Source of the DNA: an uncultured Candidatus Binatia bacterium
Lineage (GTDB): Bacteria; Desulfobacterota; Binatia; UBA9968; JAJDTQ01
Length of the DNA: 64,000 nt
Direction of reading: 5' to 3'
NCBI GenBank assembly: GCA_965242525.1
Contig: OZ251459.1
Coordinates: forward strand, 2,272,001-2,336,000
Position 1 is the stretch's first letter, and every line of letters begins with the position of its first letter. The notes under the pieces are model-generated. The model was given only the letters and a program-made list of their open reading frames with translations. It searched no databases and had not been told where the DNA came from. Below, in pieces: positions 42,110 through 51,244 of this stretch. The position numbers and the translations under genes were made by a program.

Positions 42110-43027
42110 TCACACGAGGGTCAACCAGTGGCGGTACGTCTCGTCCCGGCCCCGGACCACGGCGAAGAAGGCTTGCTGCAGGTCGAGGGTCACGGGACCC
42201 GGCTTGCCCGCGCCGATGACCCGGTCGTCCACTTCCCGGATGGGCGTCACCTCGGCCGCGGTGCCGGTCAGGAACGCCTCGTCGGCCACGTAGAGCTCGT
42301 CCCGGGCGAACCGCTCCTCGGACACGCGGTACCCCTTCCGCCGGGCCAGCTCGACGACGCCGGCCCGGGTGATGCCGGGGAGTATGGCGGTCACGGGCGG
42401 GGTCTTCAACTCTCCGTCCCTGACGATGAAGAGGTTCTCGCCGCTCGCCTCCGAGACGCACCCCTCGTTGTCGAGCATGATGGCTTCGTCGTACCCGGCG
42501 CGCTTGGCCTCGCCCTTGGCCAGCACCGAGTTCACGTAGTTGCCGGATATCTTGCTGCTGGTCATCATCACGTTGACGTGGTGCCGCGTATAGGAGGACA
42601 CCTTGGCCCGGATGCCCGACTCCACGCCCTCGTCGCCCAGGTAGGCCCCCCAGGTCCACGCCGCCACGATCACCCGCACGGGGTTGTGGACCGCGTACAG
42701 CCCCCTGTCCCCGTCGCCCAGGAACGCCAGCGGGCGGATGTAGCACTCCTCCAGCCGGTTGGCCCGGACCACTTCCAGCACCGCCTCCGCCATCCGTTCG
42801 ACGCTGTACGGCAGGGGCGCCCCGAGGATATGCCCCGAATCCCGGAACCGTCTCAGGTGCTCGTCCAGCCGGAAGACCGCGGATTTCCCGTCTTCGAGCC
42901 GGTAGCAGCGGATGCCTTCGAAATACGCGGTGCCGTAATGGAGTCCATGACTCATGACGTGGACCCGGGCGTCGTCCCAATCCACCAGTTCCCCGTCAAC
43001 CCAGATCTTTTCACTGTTCAGAGACAT
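42110..43027 (-). CDS. ilvE: Branched-chain amino acid aminotransferase
   Basis: LHYGTAYFEG, FRLDEH, KISGNYVNS, EASGEN, ILPGITR, GTAAEVTP. Confidence 0.95.
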   Translation of the reverse strand: MSLNSEKIWVDGELVDWDDARVHVMSHGLHYGTAYFEGIRCYRLEDGKSAVFRLDEHLRRFRDSGHILGAPLPYSVERMAEAVLEVVRANRLEECYIRPLAFLGDGDRGLYAVHNPVRVIVAAWTWGAYLGDEGVESGIRAKVSSYTRHHVNVMMTSSKISGNYVNSVLAKGEAKRAGYDEAIMLDNEGCVSEASGENLFIVRDGELKTPPVTAILPGITRAGVVELARRKGYRVSEERFARDELYVADEAFLTGTAAEVTPIREVDDRVIGAGKPGPVTLDLQQAFFAVVRGRDETYRHWLTLV

Positions 43028-43085
43028 GGACACTCCCCGGGCCGCGCACCGCTTCGGCCACGCTCGCGCACCGGTCGGAACGACG

Positions 43086-43116
43086 AAAAGGCCACCACGC
43101 CGAGGCCATGGTGGCC
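43086..43116 (-). terminator. Terminator-like hairpin upstream of ilvE
   Basis: GGCCACCA-N11-TGGTGGCC followed by TTTT on minus strand. Confidence 0.5.
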
Positions 43117-43203
43117 GCCAACAGACCTTGAAAACCTCGTGATGAACCGCTTGGCTGCCGCAATCCGAGAGACTCCGTTTCCTTTCAGATTCGATGTGGA
43201 ATG

Positions 43204-44355
43204 TCAATCATCCGAGGCGTCCGAGGCGCTTCCCCGACCCGCGTCGTCGCCTCGGAGGGGGTCGCCGCCCGCGGAGGGCGGCTTGCGGCAGGCGGCCCGG
43301 TCCGGAGGCTCGGCGCAGGGGAAGGCCACCACGTGGGCCGGACGGAAGGCGACCTTCACCCGGGCGCCCGCGGGCAGCGCGCAAGCGGACGGCTGGCTGC
43401 TGCGGAGCTGCGCGCCCGAGGGCAGCGTCAGGTGGTACAGGGTCTCGGCGCCCCGGAACCGCCGCCGGGCGACCACGCAGTCCCCGTCCTCGGAGGCTTC
43501 CACCTCCACCTCGTTGGGCCGCGCCAACAACTCGACCCGGGCGCCGTCCGGCAGCCCGGCGTCGTTGGGAAAGCTGCCCACCTCGGTCTCGATGACCCCT
43601 CGCACGACCCCCGGAACGAAGTCCGACTGGCCCACGAAGTCGGCGACGAAACGGGTCCGCGGCTCGCCGTACAGCGTCTCCGGCCGGGAGAGCTGCTCCA
43701 GACGGCCCTGGTCGAGGACGCCGATCCGATCCGCCAGGGCGAACGCCTCGTCCTGGTCGTGGGTCACCACGATGGCGCTGGTCTCCGAGCCTTGCAGTAT
43801 CCGCAACAACTCCTCGCGCATCTCCGCGCGCATGTCCGAGTCGAGGTTGCTGAAAGGCTCGTCCAGCAGCAGCACCAGCGGGTTGGGCGCCAGCGCCCGG
43901 GCCAGGGCCACCCGCTGCTGCTGGCCGCCGGAGATCTCGTGGGGGTACCGTCGGGCGAGGTCCGCCATCCCCACCACGCCCAGCACCGCCCGGGCAACGC
44001 CGCTCCGGGACTTCCGGGACTCGTTCCGAAGTCCGAACGCCACGTTGTCCAGCAGCGTCAGGTGCGGGAACAGGGCGTAGTCCTGGAAGACCATGCCCAT
44101 GCGGCGGTCTTCGGGCTCCACCCAGGCGCCGTCCCCGGACACCGGCCGGCCGTCCAGCAGTATCCTGCCGGCGTCTGGCCGGTCGAAACCGGCGATCAGG
44201 CGCAAGGTGGTGGTCTTGCCGGAGCCGCTGGGACCCAGCAGGGCAAGGATCTCGCCCCGCCGCAGCGTGAAACCCAGGCGGGAGACCGCCGCGGGGTCGT
44301 TCCGCGCGTAGGTCTTCGAGACGTCTTCGACGATGATGAGGTCGGCGCCGGACAT
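43204..44355 (-). CDS. ABC transporter ATP-binding protein (FbpC/PotA-like, with TOBE domain)
   Basis: GPSGSGKT, FQDYALFPH, ISGGQQQR, LLLDEPFSNLD. Confidence 0.9.
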   Translation of the reverse strand: MSGADLIIVEDVSKTYARNDPAAVSRLGFTLRRGEILALLGPSGSGKTTTLRLIAGFDRPDAGRILLDGRPVSGDGAWVEPEDRRMGMVFQDYALFPHLTLLDNVAFGLRNESRKSRSGVARAVLGVVGMADLARRYPHEISGGQQQRVALARALAPNPLVLLLDEPFSNLDSDMRAEMREELLRILQGSETSAIVVTHDQDEAFALADRIGVLDQGRLEQLSRPETLYGEPRTRFVADFVGQSDFVPGVVRGVIETEVGSFPNDAGLPDGARVELLARPNEVEVEASEDGDCVVARRRFRGAETLYHLTLPSGAQLRSSQPSACALPAGARVKVAFRPAHVVAFPCAEPPDRAACRKPPSAGGDPLRGDDAGRGSASDASDD

Positions 44356-44479
44356 TGCCTGTCCCTTCGGGAACGATCAGAAAATCCTGGAGTAGCTGCC
44401 GCTACAAGGCCGTGTGACAGGGGGCAGCCTTGGCGAAGGGGCGATGGAGCGCTTCCCGGATGCCGCCTTGTGGTCCATG

Positions 44480-46711
44480 TCACCCACTGTCGAGGGTTAC
44501 GCGGGCGTCCACGATCTGCTGCAACAGGTCCCGGGCGCGGGCGCGCCGTTCTTCGATTTCTCGATACCTGGCGGCCATCCCCCTCTGGAGCTCCAGGCTC
44601 ATCACCCCGTCATCCGACACCGGGACAGGCGCCGCCACCTGTACGATGTTCTTCAGTTTCGCCCGGTAGGTGCGGTCGAATCCGTATCGTTCGCGCGTTG
44701 CGCGCAGGGTGTGCCACAGGTATTCAGGGTCGATGTTCGGGTCGCGAATACGCAGCACTCCACAGTGGTCCGTCAGATGGAACCTCGTCCCGGCCTCTAT
44801 GAAACGCCAATCGAAGTTGCCGTCCACGCCCCATACGATGGACGGCCGGCTCCAGTCGTTCCCGAGAAGTCGGGACTCCGTGACGTGGCCGAAAACGTCA
44901 TGCACGTTTGCGCTGATGCACGGGATGTCCCCTTCCAGGGAGTCCTTTTTGAGGACTCGTTCGCCAATCTGGACTTCGAACAGGCTTTCGTCGCCGAGGG
45001 ATACGTTGACGAACCGCACCTGTTCCATGCCCGATGGATCCAGCGGCTCGCATCCCGCCAACGACAGGAGGTCGTTGAATTCCCGGATGTCCAGTTCTTC
45101 CGCTTCTTCGACCTCCCCCAATTCCTGCAATTCGTCGGGGGACCAGTAACGATCCGCCATCCAGTGGCGGTATCCGTCGAAAGTCGTCCACGGAACCACC
45201 TTGCAGCGAAGGCTCGGCGAAGCGAAAGTGTCGGGCGAACCCTTGAACTGGTTGAAGAGGCCCGTCATCTCCGTCAGGTCGTTCTGCGCGACGGCCCACC
45301 TGCGCGCGTCCCTCGACTCGCCGATTTCCGAAACCAGGTACGTAAACACGGGACTGCGTTGCGGCAGGTCGTCCCTGCCCTTGCGCTGGATTGCGAGAAT
45401 GTAGGTCTTCTTCGGCGTGGAATAGAAAGTGCGAACGGGCAACGAGACCACGGCGCGAACGAAACACGCGCGCTTGACGTAGTCCAGCATGGCTTCCTGG
45501 TTGAGGAGGCCGTCGGGCACGATCACGAAGGCGGAACCCCCCGGCTTCAGGCTCCGTATGATCCATTGCAGGGCCAACGCCTCGGTTCCGCGACCGGATG
45601 CCGGGTATCTATCCGTCAACCCCGCATCCGTGAGCGCAGCTTTCAGGCTGCTGGAGCCGCGCGTCACGTAGGGCGGGTTCGTGAGGATGAGGTCATGCCG
45701 CCCGTCGTCGTCCATCTCGAAGGTGCCGAGATTGGTCCGCAACAGGACGAACATCGAGTTGACTACCTTGCGGGCAAACTCCGAAATGAACTCGGAGTCG
45801 TGATACTTCGCCATCAGGTCGGAGAAATAGATGATGGTGTTGGCTTTCGCCAGTATGATCGTCCTCTCGTCCTCCCTTTCATCGGTGCCCCTGTCGTAGC
45901 CGACGATCGACACCGCAGGTTCGATGGCTCCGTTGTGCGGCTCGAACTGCGCCAACAGGCGAGGGCTTTCGATAATGGCCTCGAGCAGGAAACCGCCTAC
46001 GCCGCAGAACGGGTCGCACAGAGAGGCGCCGTCGGGCAGCGCATCGGCGTCCGACATCCTCACCACGGCCTGGACCACGTTCCGGGGCGTGAAGTATTGA
46101 CCGAGAAGACGCAATCCGGCGCTCTCCCGCAGAAAGGACTCATAGAGGCGCGTCTTGAATTCACGCTGGATGTACCTGAAGGATCCCTGCTGTCTGTCGA
46201 AAGCCTGGAAGTCGTCCAGGACCTCGCAAAACAGGCGGGCCTGGGACAGGTTGGGTTCGCCCCTCTCGTTCACGAAGATCGTGCCGTTGATGATCGTCGT
46301 ATGGTCCGGGCCGTCAGGGAAAAGCCGGCGAATGGCCTGGCGGCTCAACCGGGCATAGCTCGTCAAGGCCGCTTCGCGCCCGGCCTCCTTGCCAAGCTCA
46401 TGGACCTGGGCGAAATTGTTGTGCGCCTCCAGTACCCCGAGGTCCGAAAGGAACTTGAAAACGAACAACTCGACGACGTTGTACAGGCACTTCTCGGGCT
46501 CTTTCCCGGTGTTGATCCAGATCTTCTGCCAGATCGTGCGCGCAAGTTGCGAGGGGTCCAGGAGCGCCGGGCTGCTTATGTGATCGTTGGCGGACGACAG
46601 GGAATGATCCGCTTCATCGATCGTCCGTTCGATCCGCCTCAGTTCTTCGACCGACGCGGCACGGGTCACGAGCGCCTTGGCGTCGAACGTTTGCAACAGC
46701 TCCTCGCTCAT
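44480..46711 (-). CDS. N6-adenine DNA methyltransferase fused to an HsdS-like specificity domain (Type IIG-like)
   Basis: GQYFTP, DPFCGVGGFL (SAM), TNPPY, C-terminal TRD-like region ending in a predicted coiled-coil helix. Confidence 0.85.
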   Translation of the reverse strand: MSEELLQTFDAKALVTRAASVEELRRIERTIDEADHSLSSANDHISSPALLDPSQLARTIWQKIWINTGKEPEKCLYNVVELFVFKFLSDLGVLEAHNNFAQVHELGKEAGREAALTSYARLSRQAIRRLFPDGPDHTTIINGTIFVNERGEPNLSQARLFCEVLDDFQAFDRQQGSFRYIQREFKTRLYESFLRESAGLRLLGQYFTPRNVVQAVVRMSDADALPDGASLCDPFCGVGGFLLEAIIESPRLLAQFEPHNGAIEPAVSIVGYDRGTDEREDERTIILAKANTIIYFSDLMAKYHDSEFISEFARKVVNSMFVLLRTNLGTFEMDDDGRHDLILTNPPYVTRGSSSLKAALTDAGLTDRYPASGRGTEALALQWIIRSLKPGGSAFVIVPDGLLNQEAMLDYVKRACFVRAVVSLPVRTFYSTPKKTYILAIQRKGRDDLPQRSPVFTYLVSEIGESRDARRWAVAQNDLTEMTGLFNQFKGSPDTFASPSLRCKVVPWTTFDGYRHWMADRYWSPDELQELGEVEEAEELDIREFNDLLSLAGCEPLDPSGMEQVRFVNVSLGDESLFEVQIGERVLKKDSLEGDIPCISANVHDVFGHVTESRLLGNDWSRPSIVWGVDGNFDWRFIEAGTRFHLTDHCGVLRIRDPNIDPEYLWHTLRATRERYGFDRTYRAKLKNIVQVAAPVPVSDDGVMSLELQRGMAARYREIEERRARARDLLQQIVDARVTLDSG

Positions 46712-46766
46712 CCCTGCACCCTGATGGTTGTCGCCAAGGGCCGGTTGCCTGGGGACACCGGCCTTC

Positions 46767-48107
46767 TCACGCCTCGCGGACCGCGTCCGCGGACGCGCCT
46801 TCGCCGATGTCGAGCCACCAGCGATCCAGGTCCCGCAGGGACCGTTCGGCCATGAGTTCCTTCTTGCGCTTCCCCTTGGCCTTGAAGGGGAGCGCCGGGA
46901 ACAGGCCGAAGTTGACGTTCATGGGCTGGAAGGCTTGCCTGCCGGCATCGGTGATGTAACGCAGCAGCGCGCCCAGGGCGGTGGTGGCGGGCGGGGTCAC
47001 CAGCGCCGCGCCCGCGGCCAGGCGGGCGGCGTTGACGCCTGCCAGCAGCCCCGACGCGGCCGATTCCACGTACCCCTCGACCCCGGTGATCTGGCCGGCG
47101 AAGAAGAGCCGCGGCGCCCCGCGCCATTGCAGCGTGGGCAACAGGTGCCGGGGCGCGTTGAGGAAGGTGTTGCGGTGCAGGCTGCCGTAACGGACGAACT
47201 CCGCCCCGGCCAACCCCGGTATCAGCGAGAACACCCGCTTCTGCTCGGGGTACGTCATCTTGGTCTGGAAGCCCACGAGGTTGTACAACCCGCCCTCGCG
47301 GTCTTCCTGCCGCAACTGCACCACCGCGTAGGGCCTCCGGCCGGTGGCCGGGTCCACCAGGCCGGTGGGCCTCATGGGGCCGAAGGCGAGGGTCTCCCGG
47401 CCTCTCCGCGCCATCTCCTCGATGGGGAGGCATCCCTCGAAGAACCGCTCGAAGCTCCGCACCGGCACCTTGTCCGCGGCCGCCACCGCGTCCACCAGCC
47501 GGTAGTACTCGGCCTGGGTCAACGGCAGGTTCAGGTAGTCGCCGGGGTTCTCGTCGTAACGCGACGCCCGGAAGGCCACGGACGGGTCCACCGACTCCGC
47601 GGTGACCACCGGCGAGATGGCGTCGTAGTAATAGAGGTGCTCGGCCCCCAGCAGCTCCCGGAGGCGCTCGGAAAGGGGCTGCGCCGTAAGCGGTCCGGTG
47701 GCGACGATGGCGGTCCCCGGGGGGATGGCGTCCAGCTCCCGCCGGATCAGCCGCACGCCCGGCAGCGACGCCAGCCGTTCCGAGACGGCCCGGGCGAACC
47801 GCGCGCGGTCCACCGCCAGGGCCGACCCCGCGGGCACTTGGTGCGCCTCCCCCAGCTCGATGGTCAACGAGCCCATGCGCCGCATCTCTTCCTTCAGCAG
47901 CCCCGCGCCGGTGGTCAACGACCGGGAGCGGAACGAGTTGCTGCACACCAGCTCGGCCAAGTGGCCGGTGACGTGGGCCTCGGTGCGGGTGACCGGCCTC
48001 ATCTCGTACAGGTCCACCGGAATCCCCCGTCTGGCGAGCTGCCAAGCCGCCTCGCACCCGGCCAACCCGCCGCCCACGATGTTGATGCGCTCAAGGTCTT
48101 CGCTCAT
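46767..48107 (-). CDS. trmFO: Folate-dependent tRNA (uracil-5) methyltransferase TrmFO
   Basis: [48 protein letters not shown]. Confidence 0.96.
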   Translation of the reverse strand: MSEDLERINIVGGGLAGCEAAWQLARRGIPVDLYEMRPVTRTEAHVTGHLAELVCSNSFRSRSLTTGAGLLKEEMRRMGSLTIELGEAHQVPAGSALAVDRARFARAVSERLASLPGVRLIRRELDAIPPGTAIVATGPLTAQPLSERLRELLGAEHLYYYDAISPVVTAESVDPSVAFRASRYDENPGDYLNLPLTQAEYYRLVDAVAAADKVPVRSFERFFEGCLPIEEMARRGRETLAFGPMRPTGLVDPATGRRPYAVVQLRQEDREGGLYNLVGFQTKMTYPEQKRVFSLIPGLAGAEFVRYGSLHRNTFLNAPRHLLPTLQWRGAPRLFFAGQITGVEGYVESAASGLLAGVNAARLAAGAALVTPPATTALGALLRYITDAGRQAFQPMNVNFGLFPALPFKAKGKRKKELMAERSLRDLDRWWLDIGEGASADAVREA

Positions 48108-48212
48108 GTGGATGCGTCATCCTGCGCCGGTCCGCACCGGGGGCGCCGGCCGTTGGTCCGTCGGGGAACGTCGGTTCCATTCCGGCTCGAACTCCCCCTC
48201 CCTGTGGCAAAG

Positions 48213-48270
48213 CGCGTCCTTCGACTCCGCTTCGCTACGCTCAGGACGAACGGGGAACTCAGGACGAACG
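48213..48270. repeat. REP-like family A copy (inverted) plus partial copy
   Basis: GCGTCCTTCGACTCCGCTTCGCTACGCTCAGGACGAACGGGG, then CTCAGGACGAACGG. Confidence 0.8.
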
Positions 48271-48293
48271 GAGACGATCGTTCCGAGTTTTCT

Positions 48294-48319
48294 GGCACTT
48301 CCGGAATTCGTGTGGGTTG
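48294..48319. mobile_element. Isolated ISL3-type terminal repeat remnant
   Basis: GGCACTTCCGGAATTCGTGTGGGT versus reverse complement of the IS end at 57230-57256, GGCTCTTCAGGAATTCGTGTGGGT. Confidence 0.6.
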
Positions 48320-48333
48320 CGACACTCCCCATC

Positions 48334-48388
48334 CCGTCATTCCCGCGAAAGCCCCACTCTCGTCATTCCCGCGAAAGCGGGAATCCAT
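48334..48388. repeat. REP-like family B (GTCATTCCCGCGAAAGCGGGAATCC), 1.5 copies
   Basis: Palindrome with GAAA loop; same family as the copy at 34285. Confidence 0.8.
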
Positions 48389-48424
48389 CCAGTTTCCTCG
48401 CTCTCGTTGTACAAACATCTCATA

Positions 48425-48564
48425 GGAACCTCTGAACAATCGAGACATCCGGGATGGATTCCCGATTCCCTCACCCTGACGCCCCTATCCCCGTTCGTCC
48501 TGAGCGTAGCGAAGCGGAGTCGAAGGACGGCTCATGCCCTCTGTCCCGATTGTTCAGAGGTTCC
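48425..48564. mobile_element. 140-bp MITE-like element with 23-bp TIRs enclosing a REP family A copy (copy 2)
   Basis: GGAACCTCTGAACAATCGAGACA ... TGTCCCGATTGTTCAGAGGTTCC (1 mismatch). Confidence 0.75.
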
Positions 48565-48607
48565 TTATGTCCTCGTTCCGAATTTCATCGGGTCCGTTGC
48601 GCGTCCG

Positions 48608-49750
48608 TTACCTGCCGACTGCCGAGTTTACCGCATATCTGTTTCCTGGCAACTGCCGCAGCAGACCTTGCAACTCCAGGTCCAGCAGCACCTCGCATAC
48701 CTGCGGCGCCGAAAGGCCGAGCCGGTGGACCAGGTCGTCCACGTGCAGGGGGCCGTCCCGGAGGTCCCGGAGGACCGCGCGGGCCGGGCCTTCCGGCAGG
48801 GACTCGTCAAGCGAAGCTTCGCTGGCGCCGTCGGCCGGCGACGGCGGCGGCCCGGCCTCGGCCGCAAGCTGCGGCGCGATCTCCTCGATGATGTCCACCA
48901 CGTCCTCCACCAGCTTGGCCCCCTGGCGGATCAGCCGGTGGGGTCCCCGGCTGCGGCTGGCGCCGGCCTTTCCCGGCACCGCGAAGACCTCCCGGCCCTG
49001 CTCCAGCGCCCACCGGGCGGTGATCAGCGAACCGCTCCGTTCGGTGGCTTCCACCACCACCACGCCCAGGGAAAGCCCGCTTATGATGCGGTTGCGGGCC
49101 GGGAAATGGTGCGGCAGGGGGCGCGTGCCCATGGCGTATTCCGAGAGCACCGCGCCGCTCCCTTCGATCCGGCGGCAGAGGTCCCGGTGCTCCGGCGGAT
49201 AGGCCACGTCCACCCCCGATCCCAGCACCGCCAGCGTAAGGCCGCCTCGGGCCAGCGCGGTCTCGTGGGCCTCGCCGTCGATGCCCCGGGCCATGCCGCT
49301 GACCACGCCGACCCCCGCCGCGGCCAACCCCCGGCACAGCAGGCGGGTCATCTCCAGGCCGTACTCGCTCGGCGCCCGGGTGCCCACCACGCCCACCGAG
49401 GGACGCCCGGCCGCTTCGGGCGAACCCCTGAGGTACAGCACCGGGGGCGGGTCCGGCATGGCGCGCAAACGCTCGGGGTAGGTCTCGTCGGCGTACCGCA
49501 CGAGCCGGACCCCGGCCTCCCGCACCCGGCGCAACTCCTCCGCCAGAACGTCCCACTCGCGGAAGGCCGCGATCCCGGCCGCGGCCTCCCGGGTCAGGCC
49601 GGGGACTTGGCGCAGCGCCCCGGGGCCGCGGAAGAAGACCTCGGTGGGGTCGGCGAAGACCTCCGCGATGCGCCGGAAGCCCGCGCACCCGAGTCCCGGG
49701 ACACGGGCAAAGGCGAGCCAGCAGAGCTCCCTCCGGCTCTCATCCGGCAC
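48608..49750 (-). CDS. dprA: DNA processing protein DprA
   Basis: DPPPVLYLRG, VVGTR, VSGMARGID, FPARNRIISGL, SGSLITA, C-terminal winged helix. Confidence 0.96.
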   Translation of the reverse strand: MPDESRRELCWLAFARVPGLGCAGFRRIAEVFADPTEVFFRGPGALRQVPGLTREAAAGIAAFREWDVLAEELRRVREAGVRLVRYADETYPERLRAMPDPPPVLYLRGSPEAAGRPSVGVVGTRAPSEYGLEMTRLLCRGLAAAGVGVVSGMARGIDGEAHETALARGGLTLAVLGSGVDVAYPPEHRDLCRRIEGSGAVLSEYAMGTRPLPHHFPARNRIISGLSLGVVVVEATERSGSLITARWALEQGREVFAVPGKAGASRSRGPHRLIRQGAKLVEDVVDIIEEIAPQLAAEAGPPPSPADGASEASLDESLPEGPARAVLRDLRDGPLHVDDLVHRLGLSAPQVCEVLLDLELQGLLRQLPGNRYAVNSAVGR

Positions 49751-49762
49751 ACGAGCATCCTG

Positions 49763-51244
49763 TCACCGGCCGTCTCCCTTGCCGGTCCGGGGCCGCAGCG
49801 CCAGGCGCACCGGAACGTGGTCGAACCCCAACTCCGCGCGCAGGCCCTTGACGAGGTAGCGCCGGTAGCCCGCCCCCACGCCTTCCGGATGGTTGACGAA
49901 CAGCGTGAACGTCGGCGGCTGCACCGCGGTCTGGGCCGCGTAGTAGAACTTCACCGCGCGGCCGCGGAACTGGGGCGCCGCGTGCCCCTCGGCGAGGCGG
50001 CGCAGCGTGCGGTTGAGCGCCGGTGTCCTGATCCAGGTGCGCTGGGCCCGGTCCACCCGGAGCGCGGTATCCATCAGCTTCGCCATGCCCGACCCCTCCA
50101 TAGCGGACAAGGAAACGATCGGCACATGTTCGGCAAACGGTAGCCGCCGGCGCAAAAATTTCCCGTACTCCGCCAGGCTCAGGCGCTCCGTGTCCAGCAG
50201 GTCCCACTTGTTGAGGCCCAGGACCATGGCCTTGCCCCGATGGAAGGCGTAGGACATGACCTGGGCGTCCTGGTCCGCCACCCCTTCGGAACCGTCCAGC
50301 AGGTAGAGGACCACGTCGCCCCGGTCCACCGAGCGCAGCGCCCGGCTCACGCTGTAACGCTCCACCGCGTCCACCACCCGGGACTTGCGCCGGATGCCGG
50401 CCGTGTCGGTCAGGCGGCAGGGGGTCCCGCGCCAGTCGAAGGCGGCCTGGAGCGCGTCCCGGGTGGTGCCGGGCTGCGAATCCACCAGCGACCGGTCGTA
50501 GCCGAGCAGTCGGTTCACCAGCGTGGACTTGCCCACGTTGGGGCGGCCGACCACGGCCAGGGCCAGGGGCTCCTCCGCGTCCGGGGTCTCCTCACGGTCC
50601 CGGGACGGTGGTCGGAGACGGCCCCGACCCCCGGCGCTTGGATCTGCGACGCCGTCCCGGGCCGCGCCGCGGCCCCGGGACGGGGGTGTTCCGGTCGCGT
50701 CGGGGGCGAGGGGCGGCCGGGCGCCCCCGCGCTCGGTGGGCAGGGCTTCGAGGATCTCCCGCATGAGGTCGGCGACGCCCAACCCGTGCTCCGCGGACAG
50801 GGGGAACAGCCGCTCGACCCCCAGGTGGTAGAACTCGTAGAGGTCGCTCTCACGGGCGCCGGTGTCCAGCTTGTTCACCGCGAAGAAGACCCGCTTGGGC
50901 GTCCGCCGCAGCAACTCCACCGCGTCCGCGTCCAGGGGAGTGGGGCCGGCGCGGCCGTCCAGCAGGAACAGGACCACGTCGGCCTCCGCCACCGCGGTCA
51001 GGGTCTGCTGCAGCACCCGTCCCTTGAGCCCCCGGCGCTCGTCCGGCTCCAGCCCCCCGGTATCCACCAGCATGAACCGGCGACCGCGCCACGCCGCCTC
51101 GTTGTAGTTCCGGTCCCGGGTCACCCCGGGCCGGTCGTCCACGATGGCGCGCCGGGCGCGGCTCAGCCGGTTGAAGAAGGTGGATTTGCCCACGTTGGGG
51201 CGGCCCACGATGGCCAACACCGGCAGGTGACGGGAGGCGTCCAT
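49763..51244 (-). CDS. der: Ribosome biogenesis GTPase Der
   Basis: Two GRPNVGKS G-domains, DTGG/DTAG, C-terminal KH-like domain. Confidence 0.95.
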   Translation of the reverse strand: MDASRHLPVLAIVGRPNVGKSTFFNRLSRARRAIVDDRPGVTRDRNYNEAAWRGRRFMLVDTGGLEPDERRGLKGRVLQQTLTAVAEADVVLFLLDGRAGPTPLDADAVELLRRTPKRVFFAVNKLDTGARESDLYEFYHLGVERLFPLSAEHGLGVADLMREILEALPTERGGARPPLAPDATGTPPSRGRGAARDGVADPSAGGRGRLRPPSRDREETPDAEEPLALAVVGRPNVGKSTLVNRLLGYDRSLVDSQPGTTRDALQAAFDWRGTPCRLTDTAGIRRKSRVVDAVERYSVSRALRSVDRGDVVLYLLDGSEGVADQDAQVMSYAFHRGKAMVLGLNKWDLLDTERLSLAEYGKFLRRRLPFAEHVPIVSLSAMEGSGMAKLMDTALRVDRAQRTWIRTPALNRTLRRLAEGHAAPQFRGRAVKFYYAAQTAVQPPTFTLFVNHPEGVGAGYRRYLVKGLRAELGFDHVPVRLALRPRTGKGDGR

